A stretch of 64,000 bases of DNA from Octopus sinensis (lineage: Eukaryota). The stretch spans positions 87,668,001 through 87,732,000 of the forward strand of contig NC_042998.1 of NCBI RefSeq assembly GCF_006345805.1, given 5' to 3'. The translations under genes and the position numbers were made by a program. Below, one piece after another: positions 25,454 through 39,155 of this stretch. Each line of letters begins with the position of its first letter. Position 1 is the first letter of the stretch. Under the pieces are notes generated by a model. The model was not told the origin of the DNA, made no database searches, and was given only the letters and a program-made list of their open reading frames with translations.

Positions 25454-25578
25454 AGAGAGAAATAGAAAGAGAGACAGTGAGAGAGAGAGATAGAAAGAGA
25501 TAGAAAGAAAGACAGAAAGAAAAAGTGTGCATGTGTGTGTGTGATATAGGTAATGTAAGTGGGTAAACTGCGAATATA

Positions 25579-25643
<65 letters not shown>

Positions 25644-25652
25644 ATGTATATG

Positions 25653-25687
<35 letters not shown>

Positions 25688-25690
25688 ATG

Positions 25691-25747
<57 letters not shown>

Positions 25748-25875
25748 GTATGTATGTATATATGTATGTACAGTTGTCCTTGCGGAAGATATAAAACTAT
25801 TGTCGTTGCCGTTATTATGGCTCATAACCATCGAATCCTTCGCCAATTAATTACTATTGATTCATGAATTATTGC

Positions 25876-25939
<64 letters not shown>

Positions 25940-26289
25940 TAATAAAAAAATAAAATAATAATAATAATAATAATATCTTTTATTAGCCACAGGTGTGTAA
26001 ATGAGATGGGATATCTCTATCCTTTTATTGCATTTCAATGAAATACTTTATCAATTATTTTAATGCCATCTTTTATTTACCCTCTTTATATTATCAATTT
26101 TTTATTGTCAGCTTTTCTTTGGTATCTTAAATATGCATGTATATATAGAATTTTCGTGACATTGATGCCACTCACCTCTTTCCTTTAACTTGCTACCGAG
26201 AAGAGACTCAATAGTTTTATTTGGATACAATGAGAAAAAGAAACATTCTAACAGGATTTGTTTCTTTCTCCTGTCGTTTCGCCGATTAT

Positions 26290-26480
26290 TTCAACTGCAC
26301 CTCTAAGAACAGATCTAACTATTCACAAAGAACAAGATAGACTGACTGCGTGACTTACTGTATAGAGGAGAGACCGGTCGTCAACTAGTTGATCGTTTCA
26401 GAAAACGTCTGCTTTATTAGATGTCCGCCACCAGAATATCAGATCATTTGAAGTTCGCTACTTCAACGTATATACTTCTA
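26290..26480 (+). mobile_element. Penelope-like GIY-YIG endonuclease remnant
   Basis: My translation gives FNCTSKN followed by LYRGETGRQLVDRFRKRL (cf. YIGETGRxLxxRFxEH). Confidence 0.6.
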
Positions 26481-26935
26481 AATAATTCTTCATCTCCTTT
26501 ATCATATTACACCACGACTCTGGTGTCTCGACTACAATGAGAACAGAAGATATCGGCATTTGTAACACACATTCACACGATCTGAATAACTACCTTCCAT
26601 TATTCTAGCCACCTACACACGCAACCACATACGCTTACATACATGCAACACATGCCTTCCAAAAGAAACACATACTCAAATTATCGCCAAGCACATATCC
26701 ATAAACACTACTCATACACAGAGACGCATAAAATATTCACACATAGGCATGAACGCGCGCACAAGCTCTCGAACATTTTTAGTCTGCACTAAAACTCTAA
26801 ACCTTTACATACACAAACACACGCATACAATACTCCAACCCCCAACCCCCAACCCCAACGCTACTCTACACTTTTTACGTCTCTTTTAGTCACATTTTGC
26901 TAATTTCCATACTTCACTTTTCTGCCTGTCAATAC

Positions 26936-26966
<31 letters not shown>

Positions 26967-27614
26967 ATCCTCCTATTTCTTCACTTCCTTCTGCACATGA
27001 TGTGAGCTATTGACAGGAACACGCGGGTTTTACTCCGTTTTTTATCGTTTTTCTTTCTTCTTTCTCCCATTTAGTTTCTTCTTTAGAGCGGAAAATTAAA
27101 AAGTATGCATTGCGAACGTTATTTTCTTTTAGTTGTCTTTTGTTCTTGAAACCTTTTCGTCCTAAATGGTAAAAGCATTGCCTAATTAGATTGATATCCT
27201 AATTACATTAATTTCCATGCCAATTTCATTTCCCACTGTCATGTGTTTATGGATGGATATTATAAATGTATTTCATCAATAAATAAGTACTTATTTGTAT
27301 ATAGTACTCTTATTTAATCAGTCAATTTTTTATATTAGACACAAAGACAACGATAATAATATTTGTTGGTAATGATACTATCATCATTATTATCTATTCA
27401 AAATCAAGCCATTAAGTTCCCTGATTCAAACTAGGACATAGGCCAACTCTAGGCCATACAGTTCAATTCCAATACAATACATAAATCCCCATTACTGTTG
27501 GCTGTAGGTGTTGTTGATATGTTTAAGTCCTTGTTTGTTCCATGCTCAAAGAATGATTATTTCAGAACAATTTAGACAAATTATTCAATAGGAAATATTT
27601 ATGGTTAACTGATA

Positions 27615-27621
27615 AATAATG

Positions 27622-27657
<36 letters not shown>

Positions 27658-27736
27658 TATAATAATAATAATATAATAATAATAATAATAATGATAATAA
27701 TAATATAATAATAATAATATAATAATAATAATATTA

Positions 27737-27771
<35 letters not shown>

Positions 27772-27783
27772 AATAATAATAAT

Positions 27784-27822
<39 letters not shown>

Positions 27823-27825
27823 TTT
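27615..27825. repeat. (AAT)n microsatellite
   Basis: Direct reading of the sequence. Confidence 0.95.
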
Positions 27826-27974
27826 CATGAAGCATGACGAGTGCAATTTGAAACGATCGACCAAAAAATCATTGGCTCATCAAATATCACTGAAGATGTT
27901 TGTATGGGCATTAGATCTTGTTGAAATGTTTTCTACAATAAAGATAGATTGTGGAGAATTAGTTTCTCTTTCTC

Positions 27975-28169
27975 TTTTACTTGTTTCAGTCATTTGACTG
28001 TGGCCATGTTGGAGCACTGCCTTTTGTCGAGCAAATCGACCCCAGGACTTATTCTTTGTAAGCCTAGTACTTATTCTATCAGTCTCTTTTGCTGAACCGC
28101 TAGGTTACGGGAACGTAAACACACCAGCATCGATTATCAAGCGATGTTTGGGGGAGAAACACAGACACA

Positions 28170-28249
<80 letters not shown>

Positions 28250-28420
28250 CATATACATATATACGACAGGCTTCTTTCAGTTTCCGTCTACCAAATCCAC
28301 TCACAAGGCTTCGGTCGGCCCGAGGCTATAGTAGAAGACACTTGCCCAAGGTACCACGCAGTGGGACTGAACCCGGAACTATGTGGTTCGTAAGCAAGCT
28401 ACTTACCACATAACCTCTCC
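27975..28420 (-). mobile_element. Family A SINE with expanded internal (CA)n
   Basis: Same head, body and tail as 9675-10060. Confidence 0.85.
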
Positions 28421-28785
28421 TCTATTGATTTCATAAATATTAGAGGAATTACTGTTCACAAAATCTTTTAGATTTCTTTCCGTTGGGAATGGTTTGATAA
28501 CGGAAAAGGCTCTACAGATATGCTATAACTTGCCAGTTTGCAAAGTAATCTTCCATGCCATACATTTTGTCAATACTTTGGAAGCGTTTACAGCAATAAC
28601 ACAAGCGACAAAGCTCCTATCCAGCGTACTGCTTAACTTGTACTTGTGTCCATGATAAAGGGATAGGTGTTGAAAGAGGGACGGAAACATGTAAAAATTC
28701 AGTTTGAGTATACAGAATTGACTGTGGACAGCTGACATTTTCCATCAGGCTCAGTAAAATTAGGTGTGAGGTTTCATATAATAAT

Positions 28786-28854
28786 AATATTAATAATAAT
28801 AATAATAATAATATAATAATAATAATAATAATAATAATAGTAGTAGTAGTAGTA

Positions 28855-28897
<43 letters not shown>

Positions 28898-28913
28898 TAA
28901 TAATAATAATAAC

Positions 28914-28970
<57 letters not shown>
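28786..28970. repeat. (AAT)n microsatellite
   Basis: Direct reading of the sequence. Confidence 0.95.
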
Positions 28971-29058
28971 CTGGTATCCAGCTTGAACTTCTAACTTGTT
29001 GTCTCTTGAGGTCTCTGAGTCAGACTTGGAGTCAACTTGTACATATACAAAGCAAAAG

Positions 29059-29560
29059 CCTGCGAAAAGTGGAGGCTGGAGAGAGGCAAGACGTGGTATG
29101 AGCACAGACCGCAGAGAGCCGGAGACTAGCAAAATTCTTTGGGATTTCCCAATCCAAACAGACTAGGAGCTTGAGCATAACAGACCGAACCTAGTGGTGG
29201 TGGACAAGGTGCACCACATATGCTATATAGTTCATGTTGCATGCCGCTTTGACACATGAATAGTCAACAAGGAAGACGAATTGATAAATAGATAGAACCT
29301 GCTGAAGTACAGAATAGCTCGGCTATGGAAAATGAAGAAGGTGAAGATAGTGCCAATTATTCCTGGATCCTTGGGAACAGTATCAAAAGGCATCAAGAGG
29401 AATATAAAGGAAATTTAAATAGAGTGCCCAGTAGAACTGTTACAAAAGGTTTGACTCGTTGGCACGGCCAGAATAATCAGGAAAGCATTAGATAATTGAA
29501 AAGAACGAATAAAATGGTGTCGTAGACTGCAGATAGTAAGCTCGCTACGCATGCAAAATC
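29059..29560 (+). mobile_element. 3' fragment of an R4/Dong-type LINE (RLE domain)
   Basis: My translation gives KILWDFPIQTD..HNRPNLVVVDK..VACRFD..IARLWKMKKVKIVPIIPGSLG..GTARIIRKAL with internal stops; followed by (CTA)/(TAA)n. Confidence 0.85.
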
Positions 29561-29574
29561 CCAGGAGCAACTAC

Positions 29575-29592
29575 TGCTGCTGCTACTGCTAC

Positions 29593-29678
<86 letters not shown>

Positions 29679-29815
29679 ATAATAATAATAATAATGATTA
29701 TAATAATGATAATAATAATGATAATGATAATAATAATGATAATAATAATAATAATAATAATAATATAATAATAATAATAATATAATAATAATAATAATAA
29801 TATTAATAATAATAA
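29575..29815. repeat. (CTG)(CTA)(AAT)n compound microsatellite
   Basis: Direct reading of the sequence. Confidence 0.95.
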
Positions 29816-30398
29816 ATGCCATGATGCAGTACCAGGCAGTGGCTATGCCCTGATGCAGTACCAGGCAGTGGCTCTGATGGCTTCTGATCTTAACTGATTG
29901 GAAGTGTTACCATGTACATTGTTTTGTCTTGATATAAAAGATGGGCTACAGCAAATATTCTGCTAAATACCACAGATTTGCTTGTCAGTTGTTTGACCTC
30001 AACCAGTTGACCATGTCCCTTAGTGGCTGACGATCTGTGCATCTCTGATCACGAGCAGAAGTAGAGGGGGAGAATCAGAGCCATGTGTTGAGAGGGATTC
30101 TTTGGGGTTTGAATAATTCACCTCTGGAAACATGGGTGTTTCGTTCAACATCCTTAAACAACCCTTATTCAGGGACTTTTTGAGCGGAACGGGTTACTCA
30201 ACCAGAAGAAAATCGTAAGTGGGCCCCACCTGCAAGGTCGTGCTGTTGATCTTGATATGAGATCACCATATCGCGAACATACGGTTGTGATGCATGTGCC
30301 TAGTGTACCCTTATCAGACGGGTAGTCATGATGGGTATCCTGGGCTTCGTATATTTTACCCCAGTGTCACCTTGATGGCATGCACTGCTCTCTCACTC
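29816..30398. mobile_element. ~580-bp element, copy 3 (complete), flanked by AAT repeats on both sides
   Basis: Reverse-complement homology to 1-648; 29-bp terminal duplication (29816-29844 / 29845-29873). Confidence 0.88.
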
Positions 30399-32669
30399 AA
30401 TAATAGTAATAATAATTTGCGTATAATCCGAGCAATGATTATAATTACTGAACAATAAAAGTCCTCTATAAAGGACAAATAAAACCCACTTAACATTTGT
30501 TCGAGGAACATAAATAGGATTAAGTTATTGACTGTTTCGGGATCAGAGATTTCCATCAACATAGAATTAACTTTTCCGATTTCTATGAATGAAGAACATT
30601 TATACATGTAGTGGCTAGGCCTTAAGGATGTATGTATGACATTTTCATCTTTCTGATTTGATTACTAAAACCTATTTCAATGGCAGGGAATTCCGAACAT
30701 AACCAAACGAGCATTCTATATTAGGTTTCAATGTCTTCGTATTAAAGTGCAACAATTAAATTGGCATGTATATGGACATATTTTCATTTTACTTCACTAC
30801 AATAGCGTATGTCATTATTTACTTGTGTATTACATCATCTTGAATGGTATTTAGTTTATCAACTCTGAATTGATGGAAGACAAAGGCAACGAAATTTTAA
30901 CTAAAAGACATTTTTTACTTATTTCCTATAACTTTACAGTCATAACTTTGCCATCATGACCGTATATATAAAATTGTGTTAAATTTTATCATGCGTTTAT
31001 AATTTATTTACCTTAATAAATGTTGTTTGTAATATTGTGTCTTTCTAAGGTGTCTCAGTCTCGTGCGAGATCAGACATAACTCAGTTAACGAGATAATTA
31101 TCTCAACCAAATTTACTGAAATATTTCTAACTTTGGGTAAAAGAAAATACGGGCGGATCAGTTAGTCATGATTTTATTCAACATATTCCCCTTTCAGATT
31201 CACACACTTATTGCAGCGGTCTTTCACTTTTTCTAAATCCTGTAAAAGAACTCTGAAAACTGGGCTCTTAACCAGGCCTTTCGCGATACCCTTAAAGCCT
31301 TTGTATATATATATATATATACATAAGTATTTATGTATGTATTTATAGTGCAGATTCGTATGTTTTGTACTTCTGGAATGTATGTGTCGAACAGTGATAA
31401 TGAGTACTCAACCCCGCATTCTTTATTTGAGGATTAGCAAAGTAACCAATCGTTTCATGCAATGGGATCTCTACAATTTTCAAGTGATCCACTTGGGAAT
31501 GTTAATAATCGAAAATACTTGGGAATGTTAATAATTTGAAAATACCGTATATATATATATAAACATACATACACTTATATCATGGAAAGATGGTCTCAGG
31601 CTTATCTATATGAAGAATGTTGTTGTATGAGTCTCAGACTGAGTTTTAAAAACATTTTCGGTAGAATATATCTAAAGTGAAATCAATTCTAGCTTAATGA
31701 ACTGATGCAGCGAAAGTTTACCTCCTAAAGTTGCGGTGTTAGCTAAACATCATATATAACAAACAAATAATGTTTATTATATAACAAACAAATCATATAT
31801 AACAAACAAATAAAACACAAGAATTTGTTTCTTTACTCATATAAAATAGCATTCAGAAGATATTTTGAGGCATTTTATTGCATTTCAAACAACAAAGGAT
31901 CTTTCTAACAAATGTATGTTTACAATGCGAAAAATATTATTCTATCTCTTCTTCGTAAGTTTTTCCCATCCGGTAAGGTTTAGATTGATGTTTGTTTTTA
32001 AATATATTGATTATTTTATTTAAAATTAAGTGAAATAATTCGGAGATCATTTTGAAGAAAATTAGTAGCTGAGATACTACTTTACTAAAATAGATTTGCA
32101 AGATTACTACTATATTTCTTCCGGTATATTTAGCTCTTCATGTCGAACTGTTCGGTAAATGAATATTTTATCCACCCCAAAGTTTGTTCACACATCTGCA
32201 ATTCTGCATCCAAAGGTTGCACTTGCATACTAAACTGCTAGGATCGCAGCATTTGCTTTTGCTGTTGGACCAAGGCTGGCAAGTTTCACGCCATTTGGAG
32301 CACGTTCTTTCAGTTTGTTTCCGTCTATGGAAAAGAAAAGAGAAATGCTGGTGATTATTATTGTTCAGTGGTTTAACACACACAACACACACACGCACGC
32401 GCGCATATGCACACACTATAAATAAGCTAACAAGAGATTTTGGAAGAGATTAAAAATTTGAATACATTTAACACAGGCACAAAATTTAGGGCAGGGTCCA
32501 AATCGCCCATCACATTTGACGGATATTTTATTTCAAGGCCGGAATGATCAAAGACAATTCGGCCAGGTTTAACCCCAAATTGTAAAGGTACATAACTAAA
32601 TATGTCAGATAATTGTCTGACACTCTATCAATGTTGTACTATTCAATGCTTTGATATTACCGGTGAAAT

Positions 32670-33320
32670 TAAGGCAGCAAAATGGCAGAAACGTTAGCAT
32701 GTCGTGGAAAATGCTTAGTGGCATTTAAATTCAATTTCTGCTGAAGTCGACTTTGCTTTTCTCCCATTTCAGGGTCGATAAAATAAGTACCAGTTAATCA
32801 ATGAGATCAATGTAATCGACTTATCCCTCTCCTCTTGCTGGCCATGTGCCAAAATTTGGAAGTGATATTACTGGTGAAATGATGTATATTATTCTTTTCC
32901 TTATTTAGTATAAAGTTAGGGGGCGAGCTGGCAGAATGTTTAGCATGCCGGTCAAAATGCTAAGCGGTTTTTCGCCCGACTTTACGTGCTGAGTTCAAAT
33001 TCCGTCGAATTCGGCTTTACCTTTTCATATTTTCGGGGTTGATGAATTAAGTACCAGTTTAGTACTGGGATCGATATGATCGATTTACCCCCTCCCCGAA
33101 AATGTTAGGTCTTGTGCCTATAGGAATATCAAACGTAAAGTTGGTGAACTGGAAAAGTCATTAAAACGCCGGACGAAATGCTTTGCGGCATTTGGTCTGT
33201 CTTTATGTTTTGAGTTCAGATTCCACCGAGTTCGACTTTGCTTTTCATTCCTTCAGAGTCGATAAACTAAATACGAGTTGAGTACTGATGTCGATGTGAT
33301 AATTCGCCTTGTGCTACAAG
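32670..33320 (+). mobile_element. Cluster of three tRNA-like SINEs (family D, GGCGAGCTGGCAGAA head)
   Basis: Repeated GGCAGAA..TTAGCA..CGG..AAATGCT..GAGTTCAAATTCCG..GACTTTGC..GGGTCGATAAA..AGTACCAG at ~32670, ~32918 and ~33140. Confidence 0.8.
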
Positions 33321-33413
33321 AAAAAAGTTATTTGACTTGGAAAAAAAAAGTATAATTGTCGATTCCCCACCCCCATGACAACGTCTATTCCATAAACATT
33401 CTCTAACTCGTCT

Positions 33414-33479
<66 letters not shown>

Positions 33480-33639
33480 GTGTGTGTGTGTGTACGCGCA
33501 CATAGTCACACACATATACAAATAAGAAAGCATGTAAAATTATCCACGAATATACACACACTCACACTTAGATGATACAAACACACATTTCGTCCACGAA
33601 ATTGTAGGTTAACTTCAGTCGCTAATCTGGTATGGCTCA

Positions 33640-34050
33640 GCTGGAAAATATATTTCATTTTTCGATACAGATTGAAAAGCTTGTTTCCAGTCAACAAAAT
33701 CCAAAAGTAATTTGCAATACGCAAAATATAATTTGCAATAAGAAAGCGGTTGCTTCCTAACCTTAGAGAAATCTATCAAATATGGTAATTCTATTGGCGA
33801 CGAAACGACGTCCAATCTAGATGAAAATTCTATTTCTCTCATATATTAACCAGAAAGAGATCCATGGATTCAAATCAGTTCTCATTTCCCATCATGTTTG
33901 ATTAGAAACTATCATATGAACATCTTAGAATCATAAATTCCAATGAAATTAAATTTACAATTCTTCCAGATGAAACATTTGGCATTACTATATCTAGCAT
34001 CTGCGAATTTTCGTTTTATTCAAAGTGATACTCAGGAGAGATAGAGAAAC
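33640..34050 (-). mobile_element. Ancient LINE RT remnant (RTE/CR1-like)
   Basis: SLSLLSITLNK (cf. GISLLS) and DFVDWKQAFQSV (cf. FIDFKQAFDSV) in the expected order on the minus strand. Confidence 0.45.
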
Positions 34051-34934
34051 TGTTCCTGCAAACTACTTATATCTGTTTCATGAAAGTTACGGTCGACCCT
34101 GTTACGTTGTCTCATAATGATGGGACAGTGTTTAAACAAGCATGTTTACTAATGATGGAATACCAGACAAGCATTACCCGCACTCTTGTAATTTACAAAT
34201 AAAATCTGTGTCCCTTATTATGCGACACCCTGTAAATGAACTCAGAACTAAGAGGATGAAAGCTAAACACTGTACTGTAATAAATTTTCTTTTTCTTTTA
34301 TGCTTTCGTAAAATATAAAAACTTTTTTTTGACATATAACAAAAGCTTTCCCTAAAGATCTTATTTAAGTGACATCTTCAACAAGTGTTTACCTTTTGTT
34401 TCAGAGAGCTCACCAGTTCTCTAACAAATAGTTGCTAAATCTCTGTTTATGACCAGAGAAATCATAGTCTATCTCGAGAGAAAATTATTTAAAAAATATA
34501 CTTTGTGGTAATACATTTAAGCTTTCAAATCTAAGTACTTTTAGAGCTATATGAATTAAGTGAAAAAGTACGTACCGTCGGTGGCTTTGATATCGAGCCA
34601 ATGCCTCCAATTTATGTCTTGCATAATCTGTAAAATATAATCCAAAAACAATACATTTAGGTAGTTTATGATTTCAAGTACAAGGGAGAAACCTATTTGA
34701 AAGGAAAAAATTAAAATATCAGTAGAAACCCATCAGCAATGTTTTAGATAAAGTATGGTGGCTGGTAAAATTGGTACGCGTCGGATCATATTTTTGTGCT
34801 CTTTAGTTACAGCCCTTTTATTTTTCCATACAAACCTCACCAAGGTAAAATATGTCTTTCATACTTACGTGCATTCATTGTAACACCAGTTAGGTACTGG
34901 GGTTACTACATCAACTGGTACTTCGTCAGTTACA

Positions 34935-35178
34935 ACGACAGGTGTTTCAGCTCATCGAATCGATGGAACAGTCTACTCATGAAATTAACAAGCAAATGGC
35001 TGAGCACTCCACTAAACACGCGTACCCTTAACGTAGTTATCAAGGATCTTCAGTGTGACACAGAATTTGAAGTACAGGTGCAACTCATTTTGGCCAGCTA
35101 AGTAGACTGGAGCAACGTGAAATAAGGTCTCTTCCTTTTAGGATATAACAAACTCTAATTACTAATCCACGCGCCACC
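34935..35178 (-). mobile_element. Family B CORE SINE, diverged
   Basis: Reverse-complement homology to 10575-10890. Confidence 0.7.
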
Positions 35179-36232
35179 ACAGGGCTACTATAAACTATAT
35201 ATGTATATGACATTCTACGTGTCATGTGTAAGCTAGTTCCATATTGTAACAAGCTATCGATATCCTTTCAGAAGTAGTCTATCATTTGAGGATCTTTTCA
35301 ATTCTTGTCCTATTTCATTCTTCTGAGTCAACACATAACCCTCATCATTTAAAATCCTTCCATTAGTTCTAGCAGAAACTCATTGTTTAGTGTATCGTAA
35401 ATATTTTGTCTCCTATGGGAAGGATCTCTTCTTCATATGTCTTATACATCCTTGTTTATGGCTAATTTCTTATATTTTGTTCTTCCCGTTCTTTTTTTCA
35501 TTTTAGGGATTGTTTTTCACTTCTGCCTAGCCTTACTCCACCTGCTGAGCTGCAAAGGTGTTAACGATCTAAGAGTAAATGTTATATCAATGTTTCTGGC
35601 TGTGACCTTCGCATTCTAAGTAATGCGACAACTCAGCTAATCTCCTCATCTCATTCTCGGTCTCGTAAACTAGATATACGCCTCCATATGTCCTACTCCC
35701 GTAAATGAAATGAAACCACAGCCATTCACATTCCGATCGGGGGTTCTTCTAAGTGTACTGGTTTTGTAAGTATGCTCTATTTTGCGCAAGATAGGGGCTA
35801 CCCGTCTTCTTGCCAGTTCCTGAATGTTTTCCTCAAACTCAAAAGCACTATCTCTCGTAAAACATTTCTTATTTTGCTATTTCTACTAAGAGTCGACCAA
35901 TATTCTGTGTTTCTTTTTTGGGAAGCTGTTATTAATATTTTGACTTGAATATGTCAAGAAACAAGTATCTAACTGTTGCCTTCTTTTTTTTTTCAGTTGT
36001 GCGTATTTAAAAAAATATACGGAATTATTTTTGACGTTGGCATGAATGTTGCTTTTATCTTTGTGGGAACCTCACCTTATTGTCATTTCAGTGGATGTTA
36101 TGTTTTGCCTGAGGAAAAAGAAAGTGCAAAATCATTTTCTACTCCAAACGGAGAAAAACACAAGAAAACACTCTGCCCCTCTGTTTGTAATAGACCCATA
36201 CAAGTGGGACGAGAAAACAAGAAACTAACGTC

Positions 36233-36333
<101 letters not shown>

Positions 36334-37083
36334 AGTCTGTCTGTCTGTCAAAATTCAGGTTTTATGCGTATAGCCGAAGAATATTAAGGATTTTATTCAC
36401 TGTACATGTTAAGCATTAACTTTATTATTATTATAATCTATGCGTAAATTCAGTTCAACGGTCAAGGTATTTACAGTATTTATTAGAACAGGGGTTATTA
36501 CCGATCATTTTTATTTCTTTTTATTTCATGCTGAATTTCGATTCATTCGTCCTTTCTCTCGTTAGCGATATTGTATTCACACCTTAATCTCTGCAAGAAA
36601 CACTACACGAGTCTTTCATTTCCAGAAGATCAGCCTTATATAGATCTTTGCTACACCAACGATTTCTATTTCTTGCAACAGTATTTTAAGGTGGGTGTTA
36701 ACAACTTTCACAGACAAGAATTACCTCGAATAATATGAATAAATTATAAGCTAACAATAAATATTTGAACATAGACAAATACGTCTGCTAATAACTATAC
36801 CAGACTGAAAATGTAACAAACGGCTACTAATGCATCGTAATGTGATCAATGGCAATATGTATACACGAGATCTCTTTCGTACTTAAAGAAAAATTAATTT
36901 AATATTTTGCTTTTGTATTGGTTTCACAAGTTTCTTGATATGGACTCGTGTATTGATACACATCTTATAGTACCCCGGGAAGGTTATCATGCCAATAAGA
37001 AATACACATACTGGTTCTATGTCCCTTCTTTAATTATTAGTCAATTCGTTGACATTTAATATTTAATATTAGTAACTGAATAA

Positions 37084-37290
37084 AGGCGATGAGCTGGCAG
37101 AATCGTTAGCACGCCGGGGCAAAATGCTTAGTGTCATTTTGCCCGCCTCTACGTTCGGAGTTCAAATTCAAGAGAGGTTGACTCTGCCATTCATCCTTTT
37201 GAAGTCGATAAAAGAAGTACCAGTTGAACACTGGGGTCAATGGAATAAACTTACTCCTTCCCTAAAATTTCTGGCCTTGTGCCAAAATAT
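37084..37290 (+). mobile_element. Family D SINE
   Basis: GGCGATGAGCTGGCAGAATCGTTAGCACGCCGG...GAGTTCAAATTC...GGCCTTGTGCCAAAAT. Confidence 0.8.
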
Positions 37291-38769
37291 GAAATCAAAT
37301 CTGAATTAGGAAATGCATAAAATATTACTATCCTCATCATACTGCATAATTATTTCTAGTTTGTTTTTATAATGCTCTTTGCAGTGAATGTTTTATCACT
37401 AACTTAACAACTCTCAAGTACATCATGTTTATTTATTCAATAAAACTCAGTTATGGAGATAAAAATGAAGTATAGAAATATTAACCTACTGACGTGCAAT
37501 GTATCATTGCACATTCCAGAATTCAATAGTTATAGCGACCGATGTTTTAACGATGCCCCAGGAACTAGTGCTTATAGAGGTCGAGATGTTAACAGTGGTG
37601 AGGATTAAAGAGAAATCTTAAAAAAATATTACGTGGTTCGCAACAGCTTAGCTGTATGTTTTATTTATTCCATTTTAGTGCCCGTAGCTAGCTCTGACAG
37701 AACTCTGATCGTTAACTCGTCACGAACGATAAAAATCTAAAAGAAGCCATTGTAAAACTTTAAGTTTCGATGGTTGATCTTCTTTGCTCGTGATAATGTT
37801 TCTGAACAGAGAGTATTGGGCTACAGGCAACTACGCCAGTGTGTTGGGAACAATAGTAACGAAAGGCACGCACGCGAATCTGATGAACGACGACTAAAAC
37901 TCTGAAGTAATAACAAAACAAGGATGACAATGAGATGAGATAAGAGAAATATCCAGAAGAAGGAACAAGGAGAGAAAAAGAGAATGATGTACAAAATAAA
38001 GCATGTATTCAATGTGTATTGCGCATTAAGACATACACACGCACACACACACATACACACATACATACATACATACATATTATACATATATGCATATTTA
38101 TGCATGCATACTTAATATATACATGTATATGTATATATACAAACATGTACACGTAATATATGTCCATTCTTATACACACTAACCCCTTATATACGTGGAT
38201 GTTTGTATGTATGTATATTTGTATATATAAATCTATCTATCTATATCTATCTATCTGTCTGACTGTCTCGCTGTCTGTCTCTCACTCTCTCTCTTTCTCT
38301 TTCTCTCTGTCTCTGTCTCTGTCTGTCTCTCTCTCTCTCTATATATATACATTCGCACACACTCACACACACACATATATACGTATATACATATATATAC
38401 ATGTAATAGTATTTTATGTTATTACTAGAAAATAATCTAGACATAGATAAAATACGTGAAAAATAATGTTGCTGTCGTTGAGTTTTTCTTTCATCATAGA
38501 ATACGAATATAGAATCTGTAATGAAAGAATACTAATAATTTCCTACCAATATTCGATATAGCATGATTCTTCAAGTAAAATCCATAGCTGCTTAGAATTA
38601 AGGGCTGCCAATTTTGGTATTTAAATAAAAAGAATAATTTCCTCTTTTGAATAATCAATCTTATATAATTATTGTTCATATCAAATATAGATGTGGACAT
38701 GGAGATAAACAGATATTTATAGATATTGGCATACACGAATGCATTAATAAAGTATGTACACCCACAAAT

Positions 38770-38840
38770 TTACTTATGTATATATATATATATATTATTA
38801 TATATATATATATATAATATATATATATATATATCTATAT

Positions 38841-38899
<59 letters not shown>

Positions 38900-39022
38900 T
38901 ATATATACACACACATATATATATATGTGTGTGTGTGTTGTGTGATTGTGTGCGATTGTGTGTGTGTTTTGGGGGTATTTGTTTCTATATATATATATAT
39001 ATACGCATATGTATATATATAT

Positions 39023-39100
<78 letters not shown>

Positions 39101-39110
39101 ATATATATAG

Positions 39111-39141
<31 letters not shown>

Positions 39142-39155
39142 GTATATATATATAT
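38770..39155. repeat. Degenerate (TA)n/(TG)n microsatellite
   Basis: Direct reading of the sequence. Confidence 0.93.

Noticed and set aside
26990-27030. Possible hammerhead downstream of the Penelope GIY-YIG remnant (CATGATGTGAG...GGAACACGCG)
   Set aside because: Both core halves are mutated and no stems could be paired.
35270-35830. Possible APE endonuclease remnants (also at 39830-39950 and a possible RLE piece at 42000-42480)
   Set aside because: Only isolated 4-6 residue resemblances amid stops; too degenerate to call.
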